A stretch of DNA of 64,000 nt from the NCBI GenBank assembly GCA_040218735.1, contig JAVJQW010000038.1, positions 238,562 to 302,561 of the forward strand, read 5' to 3'. The notes beneath the pieces are model-generated. The model was not told the origin of the DNA and made no database searches. It saw only the letters and a list, made by a program, of their open reading frames with translations. The stretch is from Deltaproteobacteria bacterium (lineage in GTDB: Bacteria > Myxococcota > Kuafuiibacteriia > Kuafuiibacteriales > Kuafuiibacteriaceae). Within the stretch, counting starts at the first letter, position 1. The number at the start of each line of letters is the position of its first letter. This document shows, piece after piece, positions 1-7,359 of this stretch. Made by a program: the position numbers and the translations under genes.

Positions 1-171
1 CTGCGCGTCGCGTATGCGTCGCGCGCGCCGTTCGGCGACGAGCCGACGCTCGACATGTTGCAGGGCGGAGCGCGGCTGAGGCTGTTCAGCTGGCTGTTCG
101 CGGAGGCCTACGCGCAGAAGGGTCGCGCGTTCGAAGCCGGCGCGGGGGTGACGGTGGCGTGGCTCCCCTGA
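1..171 (+). CDS. 3' end of a gene entering the window; hypothetical, possibly outer-membrane beta-strand protein
   Basis: Frame 1 is open from base 1 to TGA 169-171 (...LRLFSWLFAEAYAQKGRAFEAGAGVTVAWLP*), with host-like codon usage and alternating hydrophobic residues. Confidence 0.55.
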   Translation: MRVAYASRAPFGDEPTLDMLQGGARLRLFSWLFAEAYAQKGRAFEAGAGVTVAWLP

Positions 172-206
172 CGCGAAGTCGAACGAGATGTGGCAGAGTC
201 GGCGCG

Positions 207-1094
207 ATGCGTTGGCTGCTCCTGCTCTTGGTCGCTCTGTCGTTTGCTTGCGAGGGCAAGCTCGACAAGGAGCGTTTCCGTCGTCGCGCGGAGAAGGCGT
301 ACATCGAGGTCAACTCGGGTTGGACGATCATCAAGCGCGACCTGCACGAGACGATCTTCGTGCGCGGCGATCAGGTCGACACACTCGACGTCCAGACGAT
401 GTTCGAGGACTACGAGAAGAGCGGTCAGAAGGGGTCGGACTATTTCGAGGCCTGGATGGCGGAGCGCAAGGCGGAGGCCGAGGCGCGCCGGCGAACGCTG
501 GAGCAGGCCAAGTCGGAGGTCATCCCGATCATCAAGAGCGAGAAGTGGATTCGGGTGCAGGACCTCGGGGCGATCGGACCGGAGCGCATCCGCGACCAGA
601 TTCGCCCATGGCGGCAGGAGGTCGCGCCCGACGTCTTCGCGGTCCTCGGCATCCCCGAGGAGAAGCTCGGCTATCGCTTCGCCTCGATCGAAGAGGTGAA
701 GGCGTCGAAGGTCTCGGACGACGCGTGGATGAAGATCGGCATGGAGAACGTCCGCCGCATCGTCGGTGAGCCGACCGGCCAAGAGATGCGCATGGAGGAC
801 AAACTGAAGGTCTTCGACCTGAAGAACGTCGACGGCGTCTCCGCGCTGCTGCTGGACCCGCGCTTCCGCGCGAACATGCTCGAGAAGTTCTCGCTGTCAG
901 AGCTGGGCGCGGCGGTGCCGATCCGCAACGTGCTGATCGTGTTCGACCCGGCGGACTTCACCACGATCAAACCCATCCGCGCGCGCGCGCGGCAGCTGTA
1001 TGACTCGCAGAACCACCCGGGGTTCAGGGGGTTGTTGAGGTTCGATAAGAACGTGGTGACGGTGCTGGACTCGGGGGAGGACAAGAAGAAGTAG
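207..1094 (+). CDS. Lipoprotein with DUF1444/YtpQ-like C-terminal region
   Basis: Signal peptide [15 protein letters not shown] (lipobox Cys); motifs SALLLDP and [14 protein letters not shown] resemble DUF1444. Confidence 0.6.
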   Translation: MRWLLLLLVALSFACEGKLDKERFRRRAEKAYIEVNSGWTIIKRDLHETIFVRGDQVDTLDVQTMFEDYEKSGQKGSDYFEAWMAERKAEAEARRRTLEQAKSEVIPIIKSEKWIRVQDLGAIGPERIRDQIRPWRQEVAPDVFAVLGIPEEKLGYRFASIEEVKASKVSDDAWMKIGMENVRRIVGEPTGQEMRMEDKLKVFDLKNVDGVSALLLDPRFRANMLEKFSLSELGAAVPIRNVLIVFDPADFTTIKPIRARARQLYDSQNHPGFRGLLRFDKNVVTVLDSGEDKKK

Positions 1095-1100
1095 AGGGGA

Positions 1101-1353
1101 TCGGATTCGGACACGGACTCGGATTCGGTTTACGGACACGGATTCGGTTACGGACACGGATTCGGACACGGATTCGGTTACGGACACGGATTCGGTTACG
1201 GACACGGATTCGGACACGGACACGGACACGGATTCGGACACGGACACGGATTCGGACACGGACACGGATTCGGTTGCGGACTCGGATTCGGATTCGGACA
1301 CGGACTCGGATTCGGCTACGGACTCGGATTCGGTTACGGACTCGGATTCGGAA
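1101..1353. repeat. Degenerate hexamer tandem array (TCGGAT/ACGGAC/TCGGAC/ACGGAT/TCGGTT), about 42 units
   Basis: Directly visible between two convergent stop codons; a single 1-nt phase slip near 1131 argues against coding. Confidence 0.95.
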
Positions 1354-1355
1354 TC

Positions 1356-1389
1356 TGCTGGCGGCGCCCCTCGCGGAGCGCCGCCGGCA
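1356..1389 (-). terminator. 15-bp GC-rich hairpin with GCGA tetraloop, downstream of four-helix-bundle gene 1
   Basis: Arms 1356-1370 and 1375-1389; loop reads GCGA on the minus (sense) strand; no U-tract. Confidence 0.6.
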
Positions 1390-1399
1390 TGACCTTCGC

Positions 1400-1753
1400 C
1401 TAATGCGTCAGCCGATACAGCATCGCGTTAATCCTATCGATGAGCTCCATGCTCACCGCGGCGTCCTCCGCCTTCACGTACCCCCAGGCCACCGCCACGC
1501 GCAGCGCGCAACGCACTTCGTCCGCGCTGCCCGCAGCCACCGTGTAGTGATATGTCCTCGACCCGCCCTCCCGTCGACGCCCCTCACCGAGATTCAGCGC
1601 CACCGAGCTCGCGGCGTCCCGAATCTGCTTCGCCAAGCTCGCGTCCTTCTTTCGGATCTTGCTCACCACGTCGACGAGTTCCTCGATGAGCTCCACGCTC
1701 ACCTCCAGAACGATGAACCGACCAGGAGAGGCTGCATTGTTTTTTCTGTTCAT
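1400..1753 (-). CDS. Four helix bundle protein (TIGR02436 / 23S rRNA IVP / bAvd-like), copy 1
   Basis: 117 aa with LAKQIRDAASSVALNLGEG...GSADEV...WGY family motif; GGAGG before the ATG. Confidence 0.9.
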   Translation of the reverse strand: MNRKNNAASPGRFIVLEVSVELIEELVDVVSKIRKKDASLAKQIRDAASSVALNLGEGRRREGGSRTYHYTVAAGSADEVRCALRVAVAWGYVKAEDAAVSMELIDRINAMLYRLTH

Positions 1754-1918
1754 ACCTCCCCCCGGCGCAGGCGGCGTGACGAACGGCCCTCCCTTCGTTC
1801 GGTTACTTTGAGTGGAATCTATTCGGTGGCTCGGTCGTGGTGGGGAATCGGAACCATAGGCCGATCGGCACGACGGTTGCGCTGCACATAAGGGATGAAC
1901 AGAAAAAACAATGCAGCC
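1730..1918. ncRNA. Candidate structured leader or antisense RNA (or ssDNA fold-back) of four-helix-bundle gene 1
   Basis: Perfect 24-bp inverted repeat, 1730-1753 with 1895-1918, enclosing motifs GCAGCGCAAC and GTCACGCCGCCTGCGC (sense strand) shared with the gene 2 leader. Confidence 0.6.
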
Positions 1919-2055
1919 GTCGGCCGGTAGCTCGGTGTGTGCACCTCAACCAAGAAGACGGAGAGAGAGTCCTCCCCTTCAATCCTGCAGAAGAAAGAAC
2001 CTCTCCCGTCAAAGTGCCTTAGGGAGTTGAAACCATCCCCAGTACCACGACCCCC

Positions 2056-2178
2056 GGCCGAGTCCTTGGTTGGGTTCACACCCTTTGAGCAGCGCAACGG
2101 ACGCGCCAAGGCCCGCAGACGGTCCTTGTCACGCCCCCTGCGCTGAAGGGGGGCATGAACCCAACCAAGAACTCGACC
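2056..2178. ncRNA. Candidate structured leader or antisense RNA of four-helix-bundle gene 2
   Basis: 24-bp inverted repeat, 2056-2079 with 2155-2178 (3 transitions, all G.U on the minus strand), enclosing GCAGCGCAAC...GTCACGCCCCCTGCGC. Confidence 0.6.
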
Positions 2179-2502
2179 TACCGCTTCGTGGCGCTCGACG
2201 TGGCGCTGGAGATGATTCGTCAGCTCCGAGAGCCGCTTGCGAAGATTCGAAAGCACGATGCGGATTTGGCGAAGCAGATTCGGAAGGCGGCGGCGTCGGT
2301 GCCGTTGAACGTCGCGGAGGGGAGCCGGCGCGCGGGGGGCGATAGAGCGTATGCGTTCCGAGTTGCGCTCGGGAGCGCCGACGAAGTGCGCGCGGCGTTG
2401 CTGTGCGCGGATGCGTGGGGGTACGCGGAGGTGGACGAGGAGCTACTGGCGACGCTGGATCGCTTGATGGGGCTCATCTGGGGGCTCGGCGGTAGGCGGT
2501 AG
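2155..2502 (+). CDS. Four helix bundle protein (TIGR02436 family), copy 2
   Basis: 115 aa with LAKQIRKAAASVPLNVAEG...GSADEV...WGY; clearly paralogous to copy 1. Confidence 0.9.
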   Translation: MNPTKNSTYRFVALDVALEMIRQLREPLAKIRKHDADLAKQIRKAAASVPLNVAEGSRRAGGDRAYAFRVALGSADEVRAALLCADAWGYAEVDEELLATLDRLMGLIWGLGGRR

Positions 2503-2504
2503 AG

Positions 2505-2546
2505 GAGGAGGCTCGGCGCCGTCGCGAGGCGGCGCCGAGCCTCTTC
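2505..2546 (+). terminator. 19-bp hairpin with GCGA tetraloop, downstream of four-helix-bundle gene 2
   Basis: GAGGAGGCTCGGCGCCGTC-GCGA-GGCGGCGCCGAGCCTCTTC; fully paired with two G.U; no real U-tract. Confidence 0.65.
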
Positions 2547-2555
2547 GATCGCGAC

Positions 2556-2738
2556 TCGGAAACGGAGACGGACTCGGATTCGGACTCGGACTCGGACTCG
2601 GACTCGGATTCGGATTCGGACTCGGATTCGGACTCGGATTCGGATTCGGAATCGGACGCGGAATCGGAATCGGAATCGGAATCGGAATCGGAATCGGAAT
2701 CGGATTCGGTAACGGATTCGGACTTGGTGTCCGAATCC
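2556..2738. repeat. Hexamer tandem array (TCGGAC/TCGGAT/TCGGAA), about 28 units, ending in a snap-back hairpin
   Basis: Directly visible; GGATTCGGAC 2714-2723 pairs with GTCCGAATCC 2729-2738. Confidence 0.95.
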
Positions 2739-3401
2739 CTACGAATCGATCTCCTCGCGCGCCCGCGCATCCAACAACGCGTTCAACCCCCGCGAGATCT
2801 GCTGCGGCTCGTACGTCCCCCGCGGCACGCACCGCCGATACACGTCACCGTTCGTCGCCGCCGTCACGGCGTCGCGGATCTCGTCGAGGGGCTCGACCAC
2901 CAGCGAGTCCAGTCGTCGGGAGAAGAACACGAACACCACGAACGCGATCAGGCCGACGGCGGCGGCGGACCAGGCGCCGGCGAGGCCGAGGCGTTGGGCT
3001 TCGGTGTCCTGTTCGCGCATGGAGCGGCGGTTGATGCCGGAGAGGGCGACGATGGCGTCGACGACGCGGCCGCGGACGGCGCGGTCGTTGGGGCGCTCGA
3101 ACATCGTCTTGGCGTCGCGTTCGATCGCTTCGAGGTAGGGGCGCTCCTCCTCCTCCGTGACGTTGTTCTTGGCGCGCTCGAGCGCGCCGTCGAACTGCGT
3201 ACGCCCCTCCTTGTCGAACGACTCCGTCGCGATCACCGTCAGCATCTCCTCCGCCGCGCGGATGCTGTACTCGTTCTCCGCGAGGATGCGCTCGATCGCC
3301 GGGGACATGCGGGCGAGGAGGGCGATGCCCGTGAAGACGCCCGCGAGCTGGAACACGAAGAGCGTCCCGACCGCCGCGCGGATCTCGCGGCGGACCGTCA
3401 T
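2739..3401 (-). CDS. Membrane protein: TM, four-helix periplasmic sensor, TM, HAMP-like; no kinase domain
   Basis: Start MTVRREIR overlaps the trkA stop (ATGA); ILAENEYSIRAAEEM resembles KinB/4HB-MCP sensors; EPLDEI...GD...E...GLNALLD is HAMP-like. Confidence 0.65.
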   Translation of the reverse strand: MTVRREIRAAVGTLFVFQLAGVFTGIALLARMSPAIERILAENEYSIRAAEEMLTVIATESFDKEGRTQFDGALERAKNNVTEEEERPYLEAIERDAKTMFERPNDRAVRGRVVDAIVALSGINRRSMREQDTEAQRLGLAGAWSAAAVGLIAFVVFVFFSRRLDSLVVEPLDEIRDAVTAATNGDVYRRCVPRGTYEPQQISRGLNALLDARAREEIDS

Positions 3402-4066
3402 GACAGCTTGCTCGCGAGGTCGGTCGCGTCGTTCGCGGCGGTCGCGACGACCAGCACGTCGGACGAGGACAGCGGGGTGTTCGCGTCCGGCAGGACGGCT
3501 TGCACCGCTCCGTCGATCTTGCGGCGCACCGCCACCACCGTCACGCCGAGCTTCGCGGGCAGGTTCGCCTCGCGCAGCGACTTGCCGGCGAGGGAGTCGG
3601 GGACCTGGAGCTCCGTGATGACCAGGTTCCCGCCGAGCGGGATCTGGTCCACGACGTTCGAGTGCGCGAGCCGCGCCGCGAGCCGCTCGCCGAAGGCGCG
3701 CTCCGGGTTCACGACCTCGTGCGCGCCGACGAGGCGGAGGATGCGTTCGTGGATGGTGTCGTTGGCGCGGGCGACGATCCGCTTCGCGCCCATCTGCCGA
3801 AGGAGGGCCGTCACTACGATCGAGCCGTCGCGTGACTCGTCGCCGATCGCCACGACGCACAGGTCGCGCTCCGCGGGCTGCGTGCGGGCGAGGGCGGCCT
3901 CGTCGGCTGCGTCGAAGGCGACGGCCTCCGCGGCCCACGTCGAGGCTTGCTGCACGAGCCGGTCGTCCTGGTCGACGACCATCACCTCGACGCCGTGCTG
4001 CGCGAGCGCCCGTGCGGTCGACATGCCGAACTGGCCGAGACCCAGGATGAGTGCCTGTGTCTTCAC
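3398..4066 (-). CDS. trkA: TrkA/KtrA family K+ uptake regulatory (RCK) subunit
   Basis: GLGQFG Rossmann motif; ILRLVGAHEVVNPERAFG; C-terminal TrkA_C. Confidence 0.92.
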   Translation of the reverse strand: MKTQALILGLGQFGMSTARALAQHGVEVMVVDQDDRLVQQASTWAAEAVAFDAADEAALARTQPAERDLCVVAIGDESRDGSIVVTALLRQMGAKRIVARANDTIHERILRLVGAHEVVNPERAFGERLAARLAHSNVVDQIPLGGNLVITELQVPDSLAGKSLREANLPAKLGVTVVAVRRKIDGAVQAVLPDANTPLSSSDVLVVATAANDATDLASKLS

Positions 4067-4100
4067 GTCGCCTGCTTTGTCGTCCGACGCGCCGGTCAGG

Positions 4101-6047
4101 TCAACCGACGGGGACGTCCTCCTCGGGCAGCCGCCACCCCGAGTCGGGCGCCTGGTCCGCGAGCCAGAGGAACGCGGTGAGCGGTCCGATGCGGCCGACG
4201 AACATACACGCGCCGATGATCACCTTGCCGACCGCGTCGAGTTTGCCGGTGGCGCCCGTCGACAGGCCGACCGTGCCCAACGCGGAGAACGACTCGAACC
4301 ACAGGTCCGCGACCGGGATGTCCTGCGTGAGCGTCAACGCGATCACCGCGCCCACACTGGACGCGACGCCCAGCGACATGACCGCCGCCGCCCGGTAAAC
4401 CGTGATGTGCGCGAGGCGACGGCCGCCGACCTCCGCTTTGGCCACGCCGCGCAACGCCGCGAGCACCGCGAGCGTCAGCACCGCGATGGTCGTGGTCTTG
4501 ATGCCCCCCGCCGTGGAGCCCGGGCTCCCGCCGATCAACATCAACACGATCATGATTGCGTGCGTCGCGGGCGCGAGGTGCGCGAAGTCGACCGAGTTGA
4601 AGCCCGCGGTGCGAAGCGTGACCGACTGGAACCACGCGTTGTGGAGCCGGTCGACGACGTCGAGGTTCAGGAGCGCACCGTTCCATTCGATCGCGCCGAT
4701 CAAGAGCGCCGGGACGACGGTCAGCAGCGCGCTCGTCACGAGGACGAGGCGCGCCTGGAGCGACACCCGCTCGCGTCGCACGAACCGCGGGAGCATCACG
4801 ACCGTGGCCGGCCCAAGGCCGCCGATGATGATCGTGAGTGCGATGACGTGCAGGACGAACGGGTCCGTTTGGTAGGGCACCAGGCTGTCCGACTGCAGCG
4901 CGAAGCCGGCGTTGCAGAACGCCGACACCGCGGTGAACAGCCCGCGCCATATCGCGGTGGGGAGCGCGTCGCCGGCGAAGTAGAACCGCGTGGCCAGCAG
5001 CAGCGCGCTGACCCCCTCCGTGGCGCCGGTGACGGTGAGGATCATCCGGACCGCCCTGCGAATCGAGGGGCCGCCCTCGGTGCCGAGGACACCGGCCGCG
5101 GCGCGCTCGTAGGTGAAGCTCACGCGACGGTCGAGGACGAACAGCACCGCGACCGACAACGCCATGATGCCGAGCCCGCCGACCTGGATCAGCGCGAGGA
5201 TCGTGGCTTGCCCGGCGAAGGTGAAGGCGGTCGGCGTGTCGACGACGATCAATCCCGTCACACACACCGCGCTGATCGCGGTGAACGTCGCGTCCAATCC
5301 GGACAGCACCGGTCCCGCCGACGCGTACGGGCTCGACAGCGCGACGGCGCCGATGACGGCGAGCAACGAGAACGTCGCGACGACGAAGCGGCCGGGGCGG
5401 CGCAGGAGGAAGTCGAGGTCGCGCGCCACCATCGCGGGGGCTGCGACGACGAGCAACGCGACGCCCGCGAGGACGGGGCCCACCGCGACCAACACGCCGA
5501 ACGGGTCGTAGAAGAGGACCGTGATGACACCGCCCGCGACGATCGCGCCCGCGACTCGGTTCATTCCGCCCAGCGCGTTGCGTGCGTAGCGCGCGGCGAA
5601 CACGAGCGCGGCCAGCGACGCGACGATCAGCGACGCGTCGCTGATGCCGTCCGCTGGTCCGCGGAGGCCGCCGAAGTACCCGGCGAAAGCGCAGACGATC
5701 AACGCATCGCGCGCGTCCTTACGTTCCGTCATCGCCGCGAGTGACACGCGGCGGACGAACATGCGCGCGAGGGTGGTGCTCACGACGAGGCCGAGCACGA
5801 GGGCGCGCGCGGGGGCGTCGACGAGGAGCGGTCCGCTGACGAGGACGAACGCGACGGCCGCGACGAGGATCAGCACGCGAGCCAACGCTTCCATGCGTGG
5901 CATCACGAACCCGGCGGTCACCGCGGCGACCGCGCCGGCGCCGAGGACGATCGCGAGCGCAGGATCGACCAGCGAGATGGACGTCTGCGTGGCGGCGCCG
6001 AAGAGCGGCACCGCGCACAGGCCGAGGACGACGAAGGTGCCGCGCAC
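4101..6047 (-). CDS. trkH: TrkH/KtrB family K+ transporter with extra N-terminal TM segments
   Basis: SAVCVTGL, SAFCNAGF, RTAGFN, GGSPGSTAGGIK and SALGTVGLSTG filter motifs. Confidence 0.92.
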   Translation of the reverse strand: MRGTFVVLGLCAVPLFGAATQTSISLVDPALAIVLGAGAVAAVTAGFVMPRMEALARVLILVAAVAFVLVSGPLLVDAPARALVLGLVVSTTLARMFVRRVSLAAMTERKDARDALIVCAFAGYFGGLRGPADGISDASLIVASLAALVFAARYARNALGGMNRVAGAIVAGGVITVLFYDPFGVLVAVGPVLAGVALLVVAAPAMVARDLDFLLRRPGRFVVATFSLLAVIGAVALSSPYASAGPVLSGLDATFTAISAVCVTGLIVVDTPTAFTFAGQATILALIQVGGLGIMALSVAVLFVLDRRVSFTYERAAAGVLGTEGGPSIRRAVRMILTVTGATEGVSALLLATRFYFAGDALPTAIWRGLFTAVSAFCNAGFALQSDSLVPYQTDPFVLHVIALTIIIGGLGPATVVMLPRFVRRERVSLQARLVLVTSALLTVVPALLIGAIEWNGALLNLDVVDRLHNAWFQSVTLRTAGFNSVDFAHLAPATHAIMIVLMLIGGSPGSTAGGIKTTTIAVLTLAVLAALRGVAKAEVGGRRLAHITVYRAAAVMSLGVASSVGAVIALTLTQDIPVADLWFESFSALGTVGLSTGATGKLDAVGKVIIGACMFVGRIGPLTAFLWLADQAPDSGWRLPEEDVPVG

Positions 6048-6048
6048 G

Positions 6049-6753
6049 TCAGGTCGCGAGGACTTTGCGCTCGCCGGACGCTCGGCCCGGGACGCGCAGC
6101 ACGTACTCGCCGGGCACCAGGAACACGACGGAGCGCCGCGCGGCGTCCTCCTCGTCCTTCACGAGCATCGGCGCGCCGATACGGCTGTCGATCTCGGGAG
6201 GCGGGAGCGAGCGTCCGCGTTCGTCGGTCGCGGTGAGCGAGAGGACCTCGCCGATGTTCACCGTGACCTTGCCGCTCTTGTCGTGGCCTTCGATCTCGAT
6301 GATCGACTTACCCATCGCGCGGAGCGCGTGGACGGAGAGGCCGGACGTCGGCTCGTAGGATCGGAACCCGTCGCTCTCGAGCTCCGGGATGCGGTCGCGC
6401 ACGCGGACGGCGCGCTCGAGCACGCCGAGGCCCTCGTCGATGCCGTTGCGGACCTCTTGCGTCAGCTCTTCGAGGAGCTCGTCGCGCGCGCGGCGGATGT
6501 CGTCGCTCGTCAGCTCGCCGTTGACCTTCTCGGAGAACCGCAGCGCGATGGCGACGCCGAGCTCGCGGAGCGGGGAGGGGCTCTTGGCGAGGAGCGTCTC
6601 GAAGTTCGCGACGTCGAACGACAGCCAGTACTCGGCGTTGGAGAGCATCTTCTTCAGCGTGTCGTTCACCGCGTTGGTCGCGGACAGATCGATCCCGCCG
6701 ACGAGCTCTTGCATCACGGGGTGGCTGCGTCTGGACTCCACGGCAGACGTCAC
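6049..6753 (-). CDS. Hypothetical protein
   Basis: GTG 6751-6753 overlaps the upstream stop; host codon usage; helical then beta-rich sequence. Confidence 0.65.
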   Translation of the reverse strand: MTSAVESRRSHPVMQELVGGIDLSATNAVNDTLKKMLSNAEYWLSFDVANFETLLAKSPSPLRELGVAIALRFSEKVNGELTSDDIRRARDELLEELTQEVRNGIDEGLGVLERAVRVRDRIPELESDGFRSYEPTSGLSVHALRAMGKSIIEIEGHDKSGKVTVNIGEVLSLTATDERGRSLPPPEIDSRIGAPMLVKDEEDAARRSVVFLVPGEYVLRVPGRASGERKVLAT

Positions 6754-7310
6754 TGGCCCAGGATGTTCACGTCGATGAGTAGCCGGATCGTAGTGCGGAT
6801 GGTGATCGCGACCCCGCGCGGCTCGGCGAGGTTCACGGTGGCGCTCACCGTCATCGCCTCGGCGGTCGCGTAGGGTTTGAGGTTGAAGTCCGTCGGGACC
6901 TCCAGCTCCGTCGAGCTCGTCATCGGGACGGGGAGCGGGAGCTCCGCGAGCATCGCCTCGGGTTGACCCGTCGCGGTGACCTTCATCGTCATGCTCTCGA
7001 CGTAGAGGTTGAGCTCCTCGAGGCGGGCGTCGCCGCTCTGGTGCTCGACCTCCAGGGTCACGGACTTCACGTAGATCGCGTCGACGTCGTCGGGCGAGAT
7101 CCCCTCGTCGGCGAAGGTCCCCGACCGTGACAGGTCGATGTTCGAGAAGCCGGCGCCGAACGACGGCGCGTAGGGCCCGGTGATGCCGGTGTCCGAGCGG
7201 GGGATCGAGGCTTCCTCGACGATCACCTCTTCGAACTCGTCCAGCCCGCCGCACGCCGCGAGCGTGAGCGCCGCGCTGGCCAGTAGGTGTCTTCGAAGCA
7301 CGGCCCGCAT
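6750..7310 (-). CDS. Hypothetical lipoprotein
   Basis: MRAVLRRHLLASAALTLAAC lipobox; beta-rich mature part. Confidence 0.75.
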   Translation of the reverse strand: MRAVLRRHLLASAALTLAACGGLDEFEEVIVEEASIPRSDTGITGPYAPSFGAGFSNIDLSRSGTFADEGISPDDVDAIYVKSVTLEVEHQSGDARLEELNLYVESMTMKVTATGQPEAMLAELPLPVPMTSSTELEVPTDFNLKPYATAEAMTVSATVNLAEPRGVAITIRTTIRLLIDVNILGQ

Positions 7311-7359
7311 CCTACCCGGGAGTGTTGGCCCCGTGCTACATGATCGCGCTGAACGCCCG

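Noticed and set aside
1730-2178. Integron attC sites
   Set aside because: Arms run GTT...AAC rather than RYYYAAC...GTTRRRY, lie at gene starts rather than ends, and no integrase is present
1400-2502. Diversity-generating retroelement or 23S rRNA intervening sequence
   Set aside because: No RT, no ~100-bp direct TR/VR pair and no rRNA sequence; the repeats found are inverted and 24 bp
1101-2738. CRISPR array
   Set aside because: Units are contiguous 6-mers without unique spacers, and there are no cas genes
897-2832. ORFs translating the arrays (SESESV, RIRIRT, SDSDSE, PNPIP)
   Set aside because: Stop-free by-products of hexamer repeats, open in several frames; the left array has a phase slip
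2724-5744. Long antisense ORFs (1006 aa here; also 18577-21879, 27631-30630, 33766-36363, 60217-62703)
   Set aside because: Shadow frames opposite well-supported genes, expected at about 70% GC; no motifs
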